Shown here in pieces: positions 38,670 to 49,011 of a DNA stretch of 64,000 nucleotides (within the stretch, counting starts at the first letter, position 1; each line of letters starts with the position of its first letter). Below the pieces are notes generated by a model. The model did no database searches. It was given only the letters and a program-made list of their open reading frames with translations, and was not told where the DNA came from. The DNA is taken from NCBI GenBank assembly GCA_032128875.1, contig JAVLKG010000012.1, positions 96,001-160,000 of the forward strand, in the 5' to 3' direction. The translations under genes were made by a program, and so were the position numbers. Source of the DNA: Candidatus Melainabacteria bacterium 17Bon1m (GTDB taxonomy: Bacteria; Cyanobacteriota; Vampirovibrionia; Obscuribacterales; Obscuribacteraceae).

Positions 38670-39473
38670 ATGAAAAACAAGTTTTTGGCGGCCCTTTTTG
38701 CTTGTACTCTTGCGCAGAGCGTGGTTTTTGCCCCTGTGTTCGCGCAGGACACCAGCAAAATCAACCGATGGTTCGAGGACATCAACAAGAAATATCCGAA
38801 TTTGCAAAAAAAGCAGAATGTGGGAAACATTCAAGATCCCGGAAAGATTGGCACCCCCGGAAAGATTCAGACCCCTGGAAATATCAACGCGCCGCAAGGA
38901 CTACAGGCGATTAAGACAAAAACAGATCCTTGCAGCCAGCGCTTTCTCATCGGCGCCGACACCCTTTTCGAATTTGACAAAGCGACGCTAACACCGCGCG
39001 CAGAGGAAACATTGAGCGTCCTTGGACCCATGATTGAAAATGCAGGACCGCACCCCGTTGTTATAGAGGGGCACACCGATAGCGTTGGAACTGATGAGTA
39101 CAACCAAGAATTAAGTGAGCGTCGCGCAGAACGCGTACGAAATTGGCTGCTGGAGCATCGTGTCGTTGAGAGACGCGCTGTTTCAACCATCGGGTTTGGG
39201 GAGAAGAAGCCTGTTGCCCCGAATACGAAGCCTGATGGCAAGGACAATCCACCAGGTCGCGCGCTGAACAGGCGAGTGGAAGTCGTTGTGAATACCTGTG
39301 CAAAACTGGACGAGCCCGCGGTTACTGCTGCACCTGTTGCACCAGCGGCAGAAACTCGCGCGGCGGCAGAAACTCCTGCGTCGGCAGAAACTCCTGCGGC
39401 GGCAGAAACTCCTGCGGCGGCAGAAACCCCAGCGTCGGCAGAAACCTCGTCTAAGACTGAAACATCACCGTAA
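38670..39473 (+). CDS. OmpA-family peptidoglycan-binding protein
   Basis: Signal peptide; LFEFDKATL, IEGHTDSVG..YNQELSERRA, NRRVEV; C-terminal AETPAA repeats. Confidence 0.92.
   Translation: MKNKFLAALFACTLAQSVVFAPVFAQDTSKINRWFEDINKKYPNLQKKQNVGNIQDPGKIGTPGKIQTPGNINAPQGLQAIKTKTDPCSQRFLIGADTLFEFDKATLTPRAEETLSVLGPMIENAGPHPVVIEGHTDSVGTDEYNQELSERRAERVRNWLLEHRVVERRAVSTIGFGEKKPVAPNTKPDGKDNPPGRALNRRVEVVVNTCAKLDEPAVTAAPVAPAAETRAAAETPASAETPAAAETPAAAETPASAETSSKTETSP
39347..39470 (+). repeat. 18-bp coding tandem repeats (AETPAA/AETPAS)
   Basis: GCAGAAACTCCTGCGGCG-like units, about 6 copies. Confidence 0.85.
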
Positions 39474-39506
39474 AGGGTATGATGGACGTGGGTCGGGGAG
39501 GGCAAT

Positions 39507-39929
39507 ATGTTGGTTTTTAGATCGATTTTGCTCGGAGTCTTCTTTCTTTTGTCGGCCTGCCCTTTTGCGCAAGCAGACAACGCGCCGGTGGCGCCTTCCG
39601 ATGCGAAAGGAAAGGTCTTGGTTGTATTTATCTACGACCCGCATTGCCAGTTTACCTGCGACAAAGTGCGCCCCACCGTCCGCGAAGTGCAGTCTAAGTA
39701 CGCGAAGTCCGTCTCCTACTTAGAGATCGACACAGGGGAAGACCACGCCGCGCAGTCGAAAGCTTTGGCTGAAAAGAACGGCGTGCTTTGGTTTTACAAC
39801 GATAACCTGAAGTTTGTGCCAGTTGTTGGCTTTTTCTCTCCTGAAAGAAAATGTATAAAATATCTGACAGGACCAAAGACGAAAGGCGTTTATCAAGCCG
39901 CTCTCGAAAGGGCAATGAAAGCTAAGTGA
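39507..39929 (+). CDS. Secreted thioredoxin-fold protein (CxxxC variant)
   Basis: Signal peptide; VFIYDPHCQFTC..VRP; cis-Pro-like FVP. Confidence 0.65.
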   Translation: MLVFRSILLGVFFLLSACPFAQADNAPVAPSDAKGKVLVVFIYDPHCQFTCDKVRPTVREVQSKYAKSVSYLEIDTGEDHAAQSKALAEKNGVLWFYNDNLKFVPVVGFFSPERKCIKYLTGPKTKGVYQAALERAMKAK

Positions 39930-39966
39930 TTTGCTTAATGGCAATCGAACAATCGAGTAGTTCCAA

Positions 39967-41919
39967 ATGATTCCGCATACGTTGGAAGCAAAACCGCGTC
40001 TGCTAGATTCGTTTCGGCTGAGCGCCATAATTTCCGGCAGCATCGTATTCTTTTACTGCCTGACTGTTGTAATCGGGTGGTATTGCGACGTTCATGCGCT
40101 AAAGATGCTATTCGGATTTGCAGTGCCCTTCGGCGCTGCAGTATCGTATATGGTGCTATCTTGCCTGGTGCTTTTGCTAGCGATCTTTCCTGACCGAAAT
40201 GATATCCGGTATTTTTGCTCGGGCGTATCTCTCGTTGCCGCAATTACCGGTGGTTTTAAACTTCTTGAATCCATTCAAGAAGCGGATTGGGACTGGTTCA
40301 ATCTCCCACTGTCCGGCGAACTCGCCAACGGTGTTATCCTGCAGTTTCCCGGGCAACTCACGCCCGATGGAATAATTGGAATTTTGCTGGTTTCCTCAAG
40401 TCTCTTTCTCATGACTCTGCACAATTCGAGATTCGATCCGATATGGCAGATTCTTCTCACCCTCACCGGTGCTGTTGCGCTTCTGCCTGTGGTGGGCTTC
40501 CTGCAAGGAATACCTGAGTTTTGCGGATTGTGGGGGTGCATCAAGGTTCCAGTCACGTTGGCCGCTTCCACGCTTGTGTTGTCCTTCGCGGTCTACTCTC
40601 TGCGTCCCGGCTCTGGCTGGTTTTCCCTACTGCTAGAACCCGACATGCTCGGCACTGCATTGCGTCGCAGTCTTTTTGCGTTGATGGTTTTGCTGCCTGC
40701 ATTCACGGGACTGAAAGCGGGTGCCGTAGCAACGCACGTAATTGACGAGAACACCGCTTCTCCTGCGCTGAGCGTGCTCAATTTGCTTGCCGCTGTTTCC
40801 ATCGTAATCTCCCAGTTTGTTTATGCATATCGCCGCGAGCAAAATCTTCGACGTGACACTGAACAAAAACTTGCAGATCTTTCTTCTAAAATGGCAGTTG
40901 GTACTAAAGATGGTGCAAGTTCTGCAAATCTGGTTGGATTCAGTCCGCGTTATGCGATTTGTCCAAAGTGCTCAAAACAGCTGGCTGCAACAGTTATGAA
41001 CTGCCCTGATGATGACTCTGCGATGAAAGTAGTCGATAAGCTCGAAGGTCAAATATTGGACGGCAAGTACAAGATTGTCGAATATCTCGGCTCCGGTGGA
41101 ATGAGCACCGTCTACAAAGCGCGACACATCGTACTCGATAAGATGCTAGCGTTGAAATTATTGCAACCGCATCTCCTTGGTAACGCGCGATTTGTTCAGC
41201 GTTTTCAGCGCGAAGCTCAGGCGATGGCACGCATGCAACACCCAAATTTGTTGACTGTGCACGAGTGTGGTTTTCTTGAAGGTGTTCCTTTCCTGTTACT
41301 CGATTTCATTGATGGAAAAAGTCTTGATGTCATCATTGCCGAGCGCTCTCGATTGTCTGTTGGCCAGATGATCGCTATCGTCATGCAAGTGTCAGACGGA
41401 CTTATCAACGCACACGACAACGGCGTTGTGCATCGGGACATCAAACCAGCGAACATCATGATTAGTGAGAACATTAAGGGCCGCGAGCTAGTTAAAGTGG
41501 TTGATTTTGGTCTCGCGAAAATGTTGGAAAGCGAGCAGTCCGTTATTCAACAGAAGATTTCACGGGAGGGCAACTCCGCCGGAAGCCCCATGTACATGAG
41601 TCCCGAGCAGTGCGTAGGAGATCCTGCCGACGCGCGCACTGACATTTATGCGTTGGGTTGTGTGATGTATGAGTGTCTCACCGGAAATCCGCCACTCTTC
41701 GGTGCGTCTGTTTTGGAGACCTTTAATAAGGTAATGAATGAAAAACCACAGCCAGTTTCGAGTGTGGTTGAGATTCCTCAAGAGTTAGATGAGCTCATTC
41801 TTAAATGTTTGGAGAAGAAGCCGTCAGACCGTCCCGCTTCTGTGTTGGAGTTTAGAACGGCGCTCAAAGATATTAAAGATCGCATGGCTGGTGGGCGGCG
41901 CGCCGCAAGCTCTGTGTAG
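39967..41919 (+). CDS. Multi-TM membrane Ser/Thr kinase with a zinc-ribbon-like linker
   Basis: About 8 TM; CPKC...CPDD; LGSGGMS, HRDIKPAN, DFGLA, GSPMYMSPE. Confidence 0.92.
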   Translation: MIPHTLEAKPRLLDSFRLSAIISGSIVFFYCLTVVIGWYCDVHALKMLFGFAVPFGAAVSYMVLSCLVLLLAIFPDRNDIRYFCSGVSLVAAITGGFKLLESIQEADWDWFNLPLSGELANGVILQFPGQLTPDGIIGILLVSSSLFLMTLHNSRFDPIWQILLTLTGAVALLPVVGFLQGIPEFCGLWGCIKVPVTLAASTLVLSFAVYSLRPGSGWFSLLLEPDMLGTALRRSLFALMVLLPAFTGLKAGAVATHVIDENTASPALSVLNLLAAVSIVISQFVYAYRREQNLRRDTEQKLADLSSKMAVGTKDGASSANLVGFSPRYAICPKCSKQLAATVMNCPDDDSAMKVVDKLEGQILDGKYKIVEYLGSGGMSTVYKARHIVLDKMLALKLLQPHLLGNARFVQRFQREAQAMARMQHPNLLTVHECGFLEGVPFLLLDFIDGKSLDVIIAERSRLSVGQMIAIVMQVSDGLINAHDNGVVHRDIKPANIMISENIKGRELVKVVDFGLAKMLESEQSVIQQKISREGNSAGSPMYMSPEQCVGDPADARTDIYALGCVMYECLTGNPPLFGASVLETFNKVMNEKPQPVSSVVEIPQELDELILKCLEKKPSDRPASVLEFRTALKDIKDRMAGGRRAASSV

Positions 41920-42003
41920 AAACACTGGGGCCGCGGTCAGCCTGCCGTCTTAGTCCGGAGCGCCAGCTTCCAGCAGGCATTAAGCCACCTCAAGGCTAAT
42001 ACC

Positions 42004-42024
42004 GGGCGATGCATGGCATCGCTC
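42004..42024. repeat. REP-like palindrome
   Basis: GGGCGATGCATGGCATCGC, the reverse complement of the core at 32711-32734. Confidence 0.55.
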
Positions 42025-42047
42025 CAAGGCGACTGCTAAACACGTTT

Positions 42048-43277
42048 TTAAAAAATCGGCAAGCTCGGGAATGTGCCCGACCATGGTCCCGGCTCAGCCG
42101 AAGACGATTGAGCTAGATGGAATTGAATTAGCGCCTGTTCGATGTTGAGCCGGCGCTCGCGGAATTGTTTATATGTCCTCCCCGCCCGTTGCACCATTAT
42201 CTGCTGCTCTTCTGAGAGGAAGCCGCACTGCGAAAGCAAGTCGCGCACGTCTTCAGGTAGTCGTGGAGAGCGCGGCGCCGCCTTCAATTCCTGCCAAGTT
42301 TCTTCCAATTGCGATTCGAATCTGTCCTTGGCAATATTGGTTTCCTGTGCTGCTTTGTCATTGGTCTTAGGCAAAGCTCCTGCAAGTTTTAGGAAATAGT
42401 AGAAGGTCAGATCGCGCTCCTCTTGGGCTTCCGGATGCGTGGGCACGCCGTCTGCAATGCCTACCTCGGCGCGCAGCCTTCTTAGCTGCTGTATTCCTTG
42501 ATTGATTGAGATCTTTTCAGTGCGGATTAACCTTTGAATTTCAAGCGCTGCATAAACGGCTTGGGCTTTGACCCAATTGAGTTCGATGAGTGAATCACCC
42601 AGGTCTTTCTTCTGTTCTTGACTCACGCACATTGCCAAAGCAATATCCTTGTCTTCGATAAATCCAGCTGCGGTAAGCAAATTGCCTAGAGTCGACTGGC
42701 TTTCAATGGAGTCATGCGCCACATGCGTGATAACTTCCAGGCAGCGACGAGCGGAGTAGAGGCGGTCGATTGCTTCATCGCGACCGATGTCGCCATTGCG
42801 TACTTTCTCCTGTAAGCTGAGCGCATGCTCGATCAAGTCGTGGTGGGCGTCAGCTAGTGTTATTAAAACCTTGCCCAGATGGATTCCCGTCTTGTTCGCA
42901 ACGCTTAGTCTGGCTTTTATCTGTTCGCGCCCAATCGATTCGCTTTCGACGAGGTATTCGCCGAGGCGGTTGCGCGGTTTTGTCGACGCTTGAATGCCGA
43001 GCAAGTCCATCGCCAAACCGAACGAGATGCGTTTTTTCTTGACTAACGCCATTGCCTGGGTGGTCTGATCGGCAGTGATCACATGGTCGCGCAGAAAAGA
43101 CTGCGCGGCAATTGCGGAGCGCATTGTTTCCGTGTCAACGATGTCCAACATCGTCAGTACGAGACTGAGGGGCAGGTCTCGGTTATGTGATTCCTCGACC
43201 GCCGTTTCCATCTGTTGCCTTGAGGCTAGTTGCCAATCAACCAACAGTTCTCCGAGTAGAGAATTGGTATTCGCCAT
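42048..43277 (-). CDS. Multi-MshEN-like repeat protein (paralog 1)
   Basis: Six xLGxxL...L..Q-type motifs arranged in three pairs; no ATPase domain. Confidence 0.65.
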   Translation of the reverse strand: MANTNSLLGELLVDWQLASRQQMETAVEESHNRDLPLSLVLTMLDIVDTETMRSAIAAQSFLRDHVITADQTTQAMALVKKKRISFGLAMDLLGIQASTKPRNRLGEYLVESESIGREQIKARLSVANKTGIHLGKVLITLADAHHDLIEHALSLQEKVRNGDIGRDEAIDRLYSARRCLEVITHVAHDSIESQSTLGNLLTAAGFIEDKDIALAMCVSQEQKKDLGDSLIELNWVKAQAVYAALEIQRLIRTEKISINQGIQQLRRLRAEVGIADGVPTHPEAQEERDLTFYYFLKLAGALPKTNDKAAQETNIAKDRFESQLEETWQELKAAPRSPRLPEDVRDLLSQCGFLSEEQQIMVQRAGRTYKQFRERRLNIEQALIQFHLAQSSSAEPGPWSGTFPSLPIF

Positions 43278-43502
43278 AGCAAGATTCCTAATGTGTCAAG
43301 TTGCCGCACTTAGAACTTGATTGCCCTTTTAGATTCCCTCGGTACCGATTTAAGGTTCTATTTAAGCTTTGATTTCACTCAATTTCTCCCAATTCACCCA
43401 ATTGGGGGACGTTCTTGGTACCCTAGAGCCAAGTTCAGACAGTAAAAACGCCCCTGGTGTCCAGTTGGCAAAAATTATCAAAGCAATTTAGGGCGGTAAA
43501 AC

Positions 43503-44366
43503 ATGAATACATTGTGGCATGCAGTACTTCTCGTTGCGGTCTTTGTTGCCGTAGCGCTTGTAGGGCAGCGGCTAGTCAAAGGACGCGTGGAAATCGCGGT
43601 GCTCGAACAACACCACAGCGCTGCCGAAGGCATGCTTGGCGTTGTCGGCACGCTTTTTTCCGTGTTGCTCGGCTTCATGGTCGCAGCTGCGATGGCAAGG
43701 TACGGGGATGCCCAGATGCATGTTGAGCAGGAAGCGAATTGCGTCGCCAGCATTTTTCGTCTGGCGCGCGGCTTGGGCGATGACGATCGCCATCGCTTGC
43801 GTCAGTTGTGCCGGGATTATTCGAATGAAGTTTTGACTGTTGAATGGGAGCAGATGGCAAAACACGAAAAAATCAATCACGGTTGGAATGGATACCAAAA
43901 CCTTTGGGAAGGTGTTGTTGCCGTTGTACCGGAGAACGACAGGGAAAGCAATTTGCAGCAAGCGATAAATGACGCAATGATGGGCGTTGGTGAACACCGG
44001 CGCGCGCGTTTAATCCTGTCGCAGCAAGACTTGCCTAAAGCCCTATGGATTGTTGTTGCGTTCGGTTCCATAATCACAATCGGATTCACCTACGTCTTCA
44101 TGTCCCAGTTTCCTCACGTGCATGGATTCATGACCACAATGGTTGCGACTACCCTGGCGCTGAATATTTGGCTGCTTGCCGCATACAGCAGTCCGTTCAG
44201 CGGAGAATTGCAGATAAAGCCGATGATGTTCACCATGCTGAAAGAAAGTGTGTTCAGCGTACCTGATACCCCTTCGAAGTACCTGCACGACAACGGTCCT
44301 GCCAAAGAGGCTGTGGACGCAAAGGCTGGCACGAAAGCTGATGCGAAATCACCCAATCAAAAGTAA
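43503..44366 (+). CDS. DUF4239 (bestrophin-like) membrane protein
   Basis: VGTLFSVLLGFMV, V.QEA, Y...V...EW, RRAR...LP..LW, PFSG..I.P. Confidence 0.8.
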   Translation: MNTLWHAVLLVAVFVAVALVGQRLVKGRVEIAVLEQHHSAAEGMLGVVGTLFSVLLGFMVAAAMARYGDAQMHVEQEANCVASIFRLARGLGDDDRHRLRQLCRDYSNEVLTVEWEQMAKHEKINHGWNGYQNLWEGVVAVVPENDRESNLQQAINDAMMGVGEHRRARLILSQQDLPKALWIVVAFGSIITIGFTYVFMSQFPHVHGFMTTMVATTLALNIWLLAAYSSPFSGELQIKPMMFTMLKESVFSVPDTPSKYLHDNGPAKEAVDAKAGTKADAKSPNQK

Positions 44367-44372
44367 TGGAGA

Positions 44373-44402
44373 GAGCCGGTAAATCCGGCTCCTTTCTTTT
44401 TG
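44373..44402 (+). terminator. Intrinsic terminator
   Basis: GAGCCGG-TAAAT-CCGGCTC followed by CTTTCTTTTT. Confidence 0.75.
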
Positions 44403-44523
44403 TGCGCAGTCAGGCTATTTAAATGCCTGCGCCCCCGGAAGCTGTGAATCTTCGAAATTACCGTCCAGAAAGTGAAACTTCTTCTTTTAATAGTGGTAAG
44501 CAATCTTGAGAGGGCTTGCTTAA

Positions 44524-47500
44524 TTGAGCGGTGACAATCTAATAGGCACAAAAATTGGCGACCGTTATGAGGTCGAATCCGAGTTGGGCAAAGGAGCGCT
44601 CGGAGTAGTTTTTCGCGCCAGAGATGCCACGCTCGGGCGCGTTGTCGCAATTAAGGTTATGCAGGAGAAAATGGCTGCTGACACTGTCGCGGCTTTGAGA
44701 TTTCAGCGCGAGGCGAGAATGGCTGCATCATTGCAGCATCCAAATATCGTCACAGTCTATGACTTCGGCGTTTTACCTGATAATCGACCTTACATCGTGA
44801 TGGAATTTCTTGATGGTGAAAGCGTCGAGGAGGTGCTCAAACGCTCTATTCGCATGCAGTCATCTAAGGCTGTCCCGTTGTTCATCTCTGTGTGTCAGGC
44901 TCTGGCGCATGCGCACAAAAATGGCATAGTGCATCGAGATCTAAAACCCGCAAACATCGTCCTTATCAAAGACGAGATCGGTAATGACGTTGTCAAATTA
45001 GTGGATTTTGGTATTGCCAAACCCATGACAGAGCAAGATTCAGACCTCACGGTGGCGGGCACGGTGTTGGGCACACCCAGCTACATGAGTCCCGAGCAAT
45101 GTCTCGGAAAGCCGCTTGATGGGCGCTCTGACATTTATTCTCTCGGATGCGTGATGTATCACATCCTGACCGGCTTTCGTCCACTTACCGGCGATAGCGC
45201 ATTGGAGACACTAAGCAAACATATTTCCGAACAACCGCGTTCTTTTAGCGAAGTGGCGCAGGGTGTGCCGCTGCCTGCTGTTCTCGAGCGTTGCGTTTTT
45301 CGTGCTCTGATGAAAGCACCTGGTGAAAGACATCAGTCTGTCGTTGAGTTGCGAGATGAATTGGAAAATGCACTGACTTCCATTTGGTCACAGAAGGCTC
45401 CCGCCGGAAGAGAAAAACCAGACAGTGAGCCGACTGTGGTGACGAAGCCGAAGCTGAATACGAAAACCGCTGCTCCTGAGCCATTTGCTTTTTCGCCGTA
45501 CCCGGAGATTTATAAGGCACCAATAGTGGTGCCCGACGAGAAGCCAGCCAGTCCTGAATTTTTGCTCGAGCGAGCGCAGAGCGGCGACGGATATGCAATG
45601 TACAAGTATGCCGTTGCGCTGGAAACAGGTAATGGCGTCGATATAGACGAGAAAGCGGCACTTTTCTGGTACCGCAAGTCTTGTAATGCCGGATGTCCTG
45701 AAGGGCAGAACGAGATGGGACTGATTTACCAGTGGGGCGCGCTAGGTTTGGAGCCCAACCAAGATGAGGCTATTCGGCTCTTCACTGAAGCGGCGCAGCA
45801 GGGACATGCCAACGCGCAGAACAATCTTGGTTATATATTCGAAGTCATCGATGCAAAAGAGGCATTTCGCTGGTACAAAATGGCGGCAGAAGGTGGATTG
45901 CCGCTGGGAATGAGCAATTATGGTCGTTGCCTTTTATACGGAATTGGCAGCGACAAAAATTACCAAGAAGCATACAAGTGGTTGATGAAAGCTGCGGAGG
46001 CTGACGAAAAAAGTGACGGCGCTCAGTACATGCTCGGCGTCATGTTCTTCAATGGCGATGGCGTGGAAAAGGACCTTGTCCGCGCAGCGCAGTGGTACAA
46101 GAAAGCCGCAGAGAATGGCCATGATTCGGCTCAGTATGAACTCGCCCTCTGTCATTTATACGGAGACGGAGTCGAAGAAGACTATGACGAGGCGGTCTAC
46201 TGGCTTAAGGCTGGAAGCGCTCTCGGTAATGCCCAGTGTGATGAAAAGCTGGAAGAGCTAAATGCATCTCAAACATTGCCGGGGCTGAAAGTCGAAGACG
46301 TTGATCACTGGATGAGGCAATCATCGGTAAATACAACGGATGTTGTTGAACAACAGCTGCTCTTGATGCTCAAAACTCCAACGCACCATGATCTAAATCA
46401 GGCTGTGGTCGAACTCCACCCCGTTGCTGACAAAGGCAATGAAACCGCGCAATTGCTGTACGGTCGTTGTTTGGAAATGGGCATGGGACTGCAACAAGAT
46501 CTCGACAGCGCCTACTATTGGTACAAACGTGCATACGACTTTGGCTGCGATGTTGCGGAGCAGCATGCCGTTAAGTGTTTGCGCCTCTGTTTTGAAAACA
46601 ACATCTTTCCTGCGGATGCAGAGACTTTCCTACGATCATGCGCAAATAAAAAGAACACCAAAGCGATGATCAGCCTTGCTTACTACTATCGCTTTTTCAA
46701 TCCAAATGGTCGAGATTTCTCTGAAGCGCTGCGCTATTACAGAATGGCTGCAGAGAGCGGAGACAGTGAAGCGCAATATTTACTTGGGCGGTTTCTTGTT
46801 ATGAAAAACTTGCTCAAGCGCGAGCGCAACCTCGTAATTCGCTGGTGGGATGCTTCTCTGGAGAAGGGGCTGGACACCGCAACTACAGAGGAATTTGATG
46901 ACGAAGGTCACAAGAACGAACGCGCGGAAGCAATGAAGTATCTTAACTCTGCAGGTGAAGAAGGCTCATGCGAAGCTCTCCAGCTTTTGTCCAGTATGTA
47001 TCATCGAGGGCTTTTGGTTTTAGCAGATCCGGTGAAGTCCGCTGAATTGCTCATGAGAGCAGCTGAAATGGACGATATTAATGCGCAGGGGCTTTTAGGT
47101 GTCATCTTTCTCGAAGGCATTGGCGTAGAGAAGGACGAAAAGAAAGGGATAGAGTATCTAGCACTGGCGGCCGAAGCAAATAATTCGTTTGCTCAATGGA
47201 ATCTTGCACTTGCTTATATTGACGGCACCGGTGTTCTCGTAAATAGACCGCGGGCAAAGGCCCTTCTGGAGCGCGCAGCTGAAGGCGGTTTTTCTCAAGA
47301 TAAGCTCTGGTCAGAAGACGGGTTTAAGGATCGTTTTCAAAGATTGCTCGATTTGTTCCACGACCTGAGCGCGCGCGGACAAGTCGACGCCAACTACTGG
47401 CTGGGTATCTGCTACGAAAAGGGACTCGGCGTCAATCCTCAGCGCGATAAAGCTTTAGCGCTGTATTTGCGTGCGGCGCGTGATGGCTGCCAGCCTGCGC

Positions 47501-48339
47501 AGGCTGCATTTGACAGGCAACCGGAAAACCTAAAGAAGTTAGCGGAAAAACGAAACAAAGCAACTGGTGACAGTGTGCAAGTAAGCACAGACAGAGTCGA
47601 ACTTTCTCAAGCAATCAGAGTGGTGCGCGAATCCGATTCGGTTATGAATCGCTTCAAGCTCTACGAGGCTCTTAGTGAAAGTGAAGTTGTGCTGCCAGGT
47701 GAGGACAAAGGCAATGGCAACCAGCCTTTGACTATTACCAATGCGCGTGGCGAAGTCGGCGTAATAGTTTTCAGTGGAAAGAAAATGATTGCTGGTTGGG
47801 ATCCCGATAAGGAATTTGTATTGAGAACAATCAGCATGAAAGATCTTTGCAATATTGCGCTTGGCAAATCTATGGAAGCGGTAATTCTCGACCCGACGAA
47901 GGCAGGCGGAGTGATTTTGCGCAAGTGGGAGATGGAAGCGTTTGCAAAGTCGAAGTTGCCCATTGAGAGAGGGAAAACATGGGGTTGGGCGCAAGCAACC
48001 ATTAGTTCGGGCGCGCAAATTTCGCTGCGCCGCGCAGACGTAGATGACGTTGCGCGTTGTGGTGCCGACTTGAAGCGAGTGCTTCAGAAGCATTCAATAG
48101 TTAAACGCGGAATGATTTTCAACTGTTTTTTTGAGCCCGTAAATGAGCAAGAACAGCTTACTTTGGGTATTGAGCCAATGCCCAATCCAAGCAAAGAACA
48201 AGCGCTCGAATTGAGTAACGAGCTTATCTCACTCGGCCTTAAATCTGATACCGGCCTGCCACTAAAAGTAGTGTTTATTACTAACCCCGTAAGCGTCGAG
48301 TCAGCAATTAAGAATTCGAATATTCTCTACGAAAAGTAG
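44524..48339 (+). CDS. Ser/Thr kinase with many Sel1 repeats and a C-terminal SseB-like region
   Basis: LGKGALG, HRDLKPAN, DFGIA, GTPSYMSPE; more than 10 Sel1-like repeats; C-terminal LYEAL..SEVVLP...VFS...VILDP. Confidence 0.9.
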   Translation: MSGDNLIGTKIGDRYEVESELGKGALGVVFRARDATLGRVVAIKVMQEKMAADTVAALRFQREARMAASLQHPNIVTVYDFGVLPDNRPYIVMEFLDGESVEEVLKRSIRMQSSKAVPLFISVCQALAHAHKNGIVHRDLKPANIVLIKDEIGNDVVKLVDFGIAKPMTEQDSDLTVAGTVLGTPSYMSPEQCLGKPLDGRSDIYSLGCVMYHILTGFRPLTGDSALETLSKHISEQPRSFSEVAQGVPLPAVLERCVFRALMKAPGERHQSVVELRDELENALTSIWSQKAPAGREKPDSEPTVVTKPKLNTKTAAPEPFAFSPYPEIYKAPIVVPDEKPASPEFLLERAQSGDGYAMYKYAVALETGNGVDIDEKAALFWYRKSCNAGCPEGQNEMGLIYQWGALGLEPNQDEAIRLFTEAAQQGHANAQNNLGYIFEVIDAKEAFRWYKMAAEGGLPLGMSNYGRCLLYGIGSDKNYQEAYKWLMKAAEADEKSDGAQYMLGVMFFNGDGVEKDLVRAAQWYKKAAENGHDSAQYELALCHLYGDGVEEDYDEAVYWLKAGSALGNAQCDEKLEELNASQTLPGLKVEDVDHWMRQSSVNTTDVVEQQLLLMLKTPTHHDLNQAVVELHPVADKGNETAQLLYGRCLEMGMGLQQDLDSAYYWYKRAYDFGCDVAEQHAVKCLRLCFENNIFPADAETFLRSCANKKNTKAMISLAYYYRFFNPNGRDFSEALRYYRMAAESGDSEAQYLLGRFLVMKNLLKRERNLVIRWWDASLEKGLDTATTEEFDDEGHKNERAEAMKYLNSAGEEGSCEALQLLSSMYHRGLLVLADPVKSAELLMRAAEMDDINAQGLLGVIFLEGIGVEKDEKKGIEYLALAAEANNSFAQWNLALAYIDGTGVLVNRPRAKALLERAAEGGFSQDKLWSEDGFKDRFQRLLDLFHDLSARGQVDANYWLGICYEKGLGVNPQRDKALALYLRAARDGCQPAQAAFDRQPENLKKLAEKRNKATGDSVQVSTDRVELSQAIRVVRESDSVMNRFKLYEALSESEVVLPGEDKGNGNQPLTITNARGEVGVIVFSGKKMIAGWDPDKEFVLRTISMKDLCNIALGKSMEAVILDPTKAGGVILRKWEMEAFAKSKLPIERGKTWGWAQATISSGAQISLRRADVDDVARCGADLKRVLQKHSIVKRGMIFNCFFEPVNEQEQLTLGIEPMPNPSKEQALELSNELISLGLKSDTGLPLKVVFITNPVSVESAIKNSNILYEK

Positions 48340-48383
48340 GGGAGCCGCATGCGGCTCCCTGAGTCAGCGGCGCATGCGCCGCT
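48336..48383. repeat. REP elements downstream of the RAYT
   Basis: GTAG + perfect palindrome GGGAGCCGCATGCGGCTCCC (48340-48359); second palindrome AGCGGCGCATGCGCCGCT (48366-48383). Confidence 0.9.
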
Positions 48384-48388
48384 TGATT

Positions 48389-48877
48389 TCAAAAACGACT
48401 TGGATTCAATTCGTCGACTTGCCACTGTATTGGATTATCAGCAATGTACTGTCGGTATGCATTCAGTGCGGTTTCGTCACGTATCACTTTGTCGTGAAAA
48501 CTTCGGTGCCAAACATCTCCGTTGCCTTGAATGCCTTTTACTCTAGCTATCCTTGTAACTGCAGATTTGAACGAGTTCACAATTGTTGGCAACGTTGTTT
48601 TTCCGCTTTGAGTAATCTCAACTATGCAGTGAAGATGATTTGGCATCAGCACAAAGAAATCCGTATGAACAGTTGAAAAGTGCTGCGGGATCTCTCTCCA
48701 ACACTCGTGAATGATCAAACCAAGTTTTGAAGGATAACTTATTGCGTTTTCGACTCTCCCAAAGGTGCACTCATATTTAAAAGAACCGATGGTGATGAAG
48801 TAAAAACCAGCGCGGGAGTAGTCAAAATTGCGCAATCGATTTGGTTTTCGGTATCTTAATTCAGGTTGTACGATCAT
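48389..48877 (-). mobile_element. REP-associated tyrosine transposase (RAYT, HUH/Y1)
   Basis: RL..FDYS..G.YFITI, MPNHLH (HUH), FKS, WHRSFHDKVIRD, YIADNP; GAGGT SD; REPs on both sides. Confidence 0.92.
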
Positions 48878-49011
48878 CGTTATTACCTCGCAGGGGTCAC
48901 AAGTAATAAACGGAATTGCGGAGTAAAAAGTTCAATGGCAAGCAGAAGATTTAATTACTAAAAGCGCCGAGTGAGAGTCAACATATAGGTGGGAAGATGT
49001 TGTCTTAGAGA

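Noticed and set aside
38469..38897. N-terminal extension of the 516-aa ORF
   Set aside because: It is antisense to the well-supported OmpA gene, and similarity to the paralog begins at MATVEP (38468).
48389..48877. IS200/IS605 insertion sequence
   Set aside because: There is no tnpB, and the motif set and flanking dispersed GTAG-palindromes fit a RAYT better.
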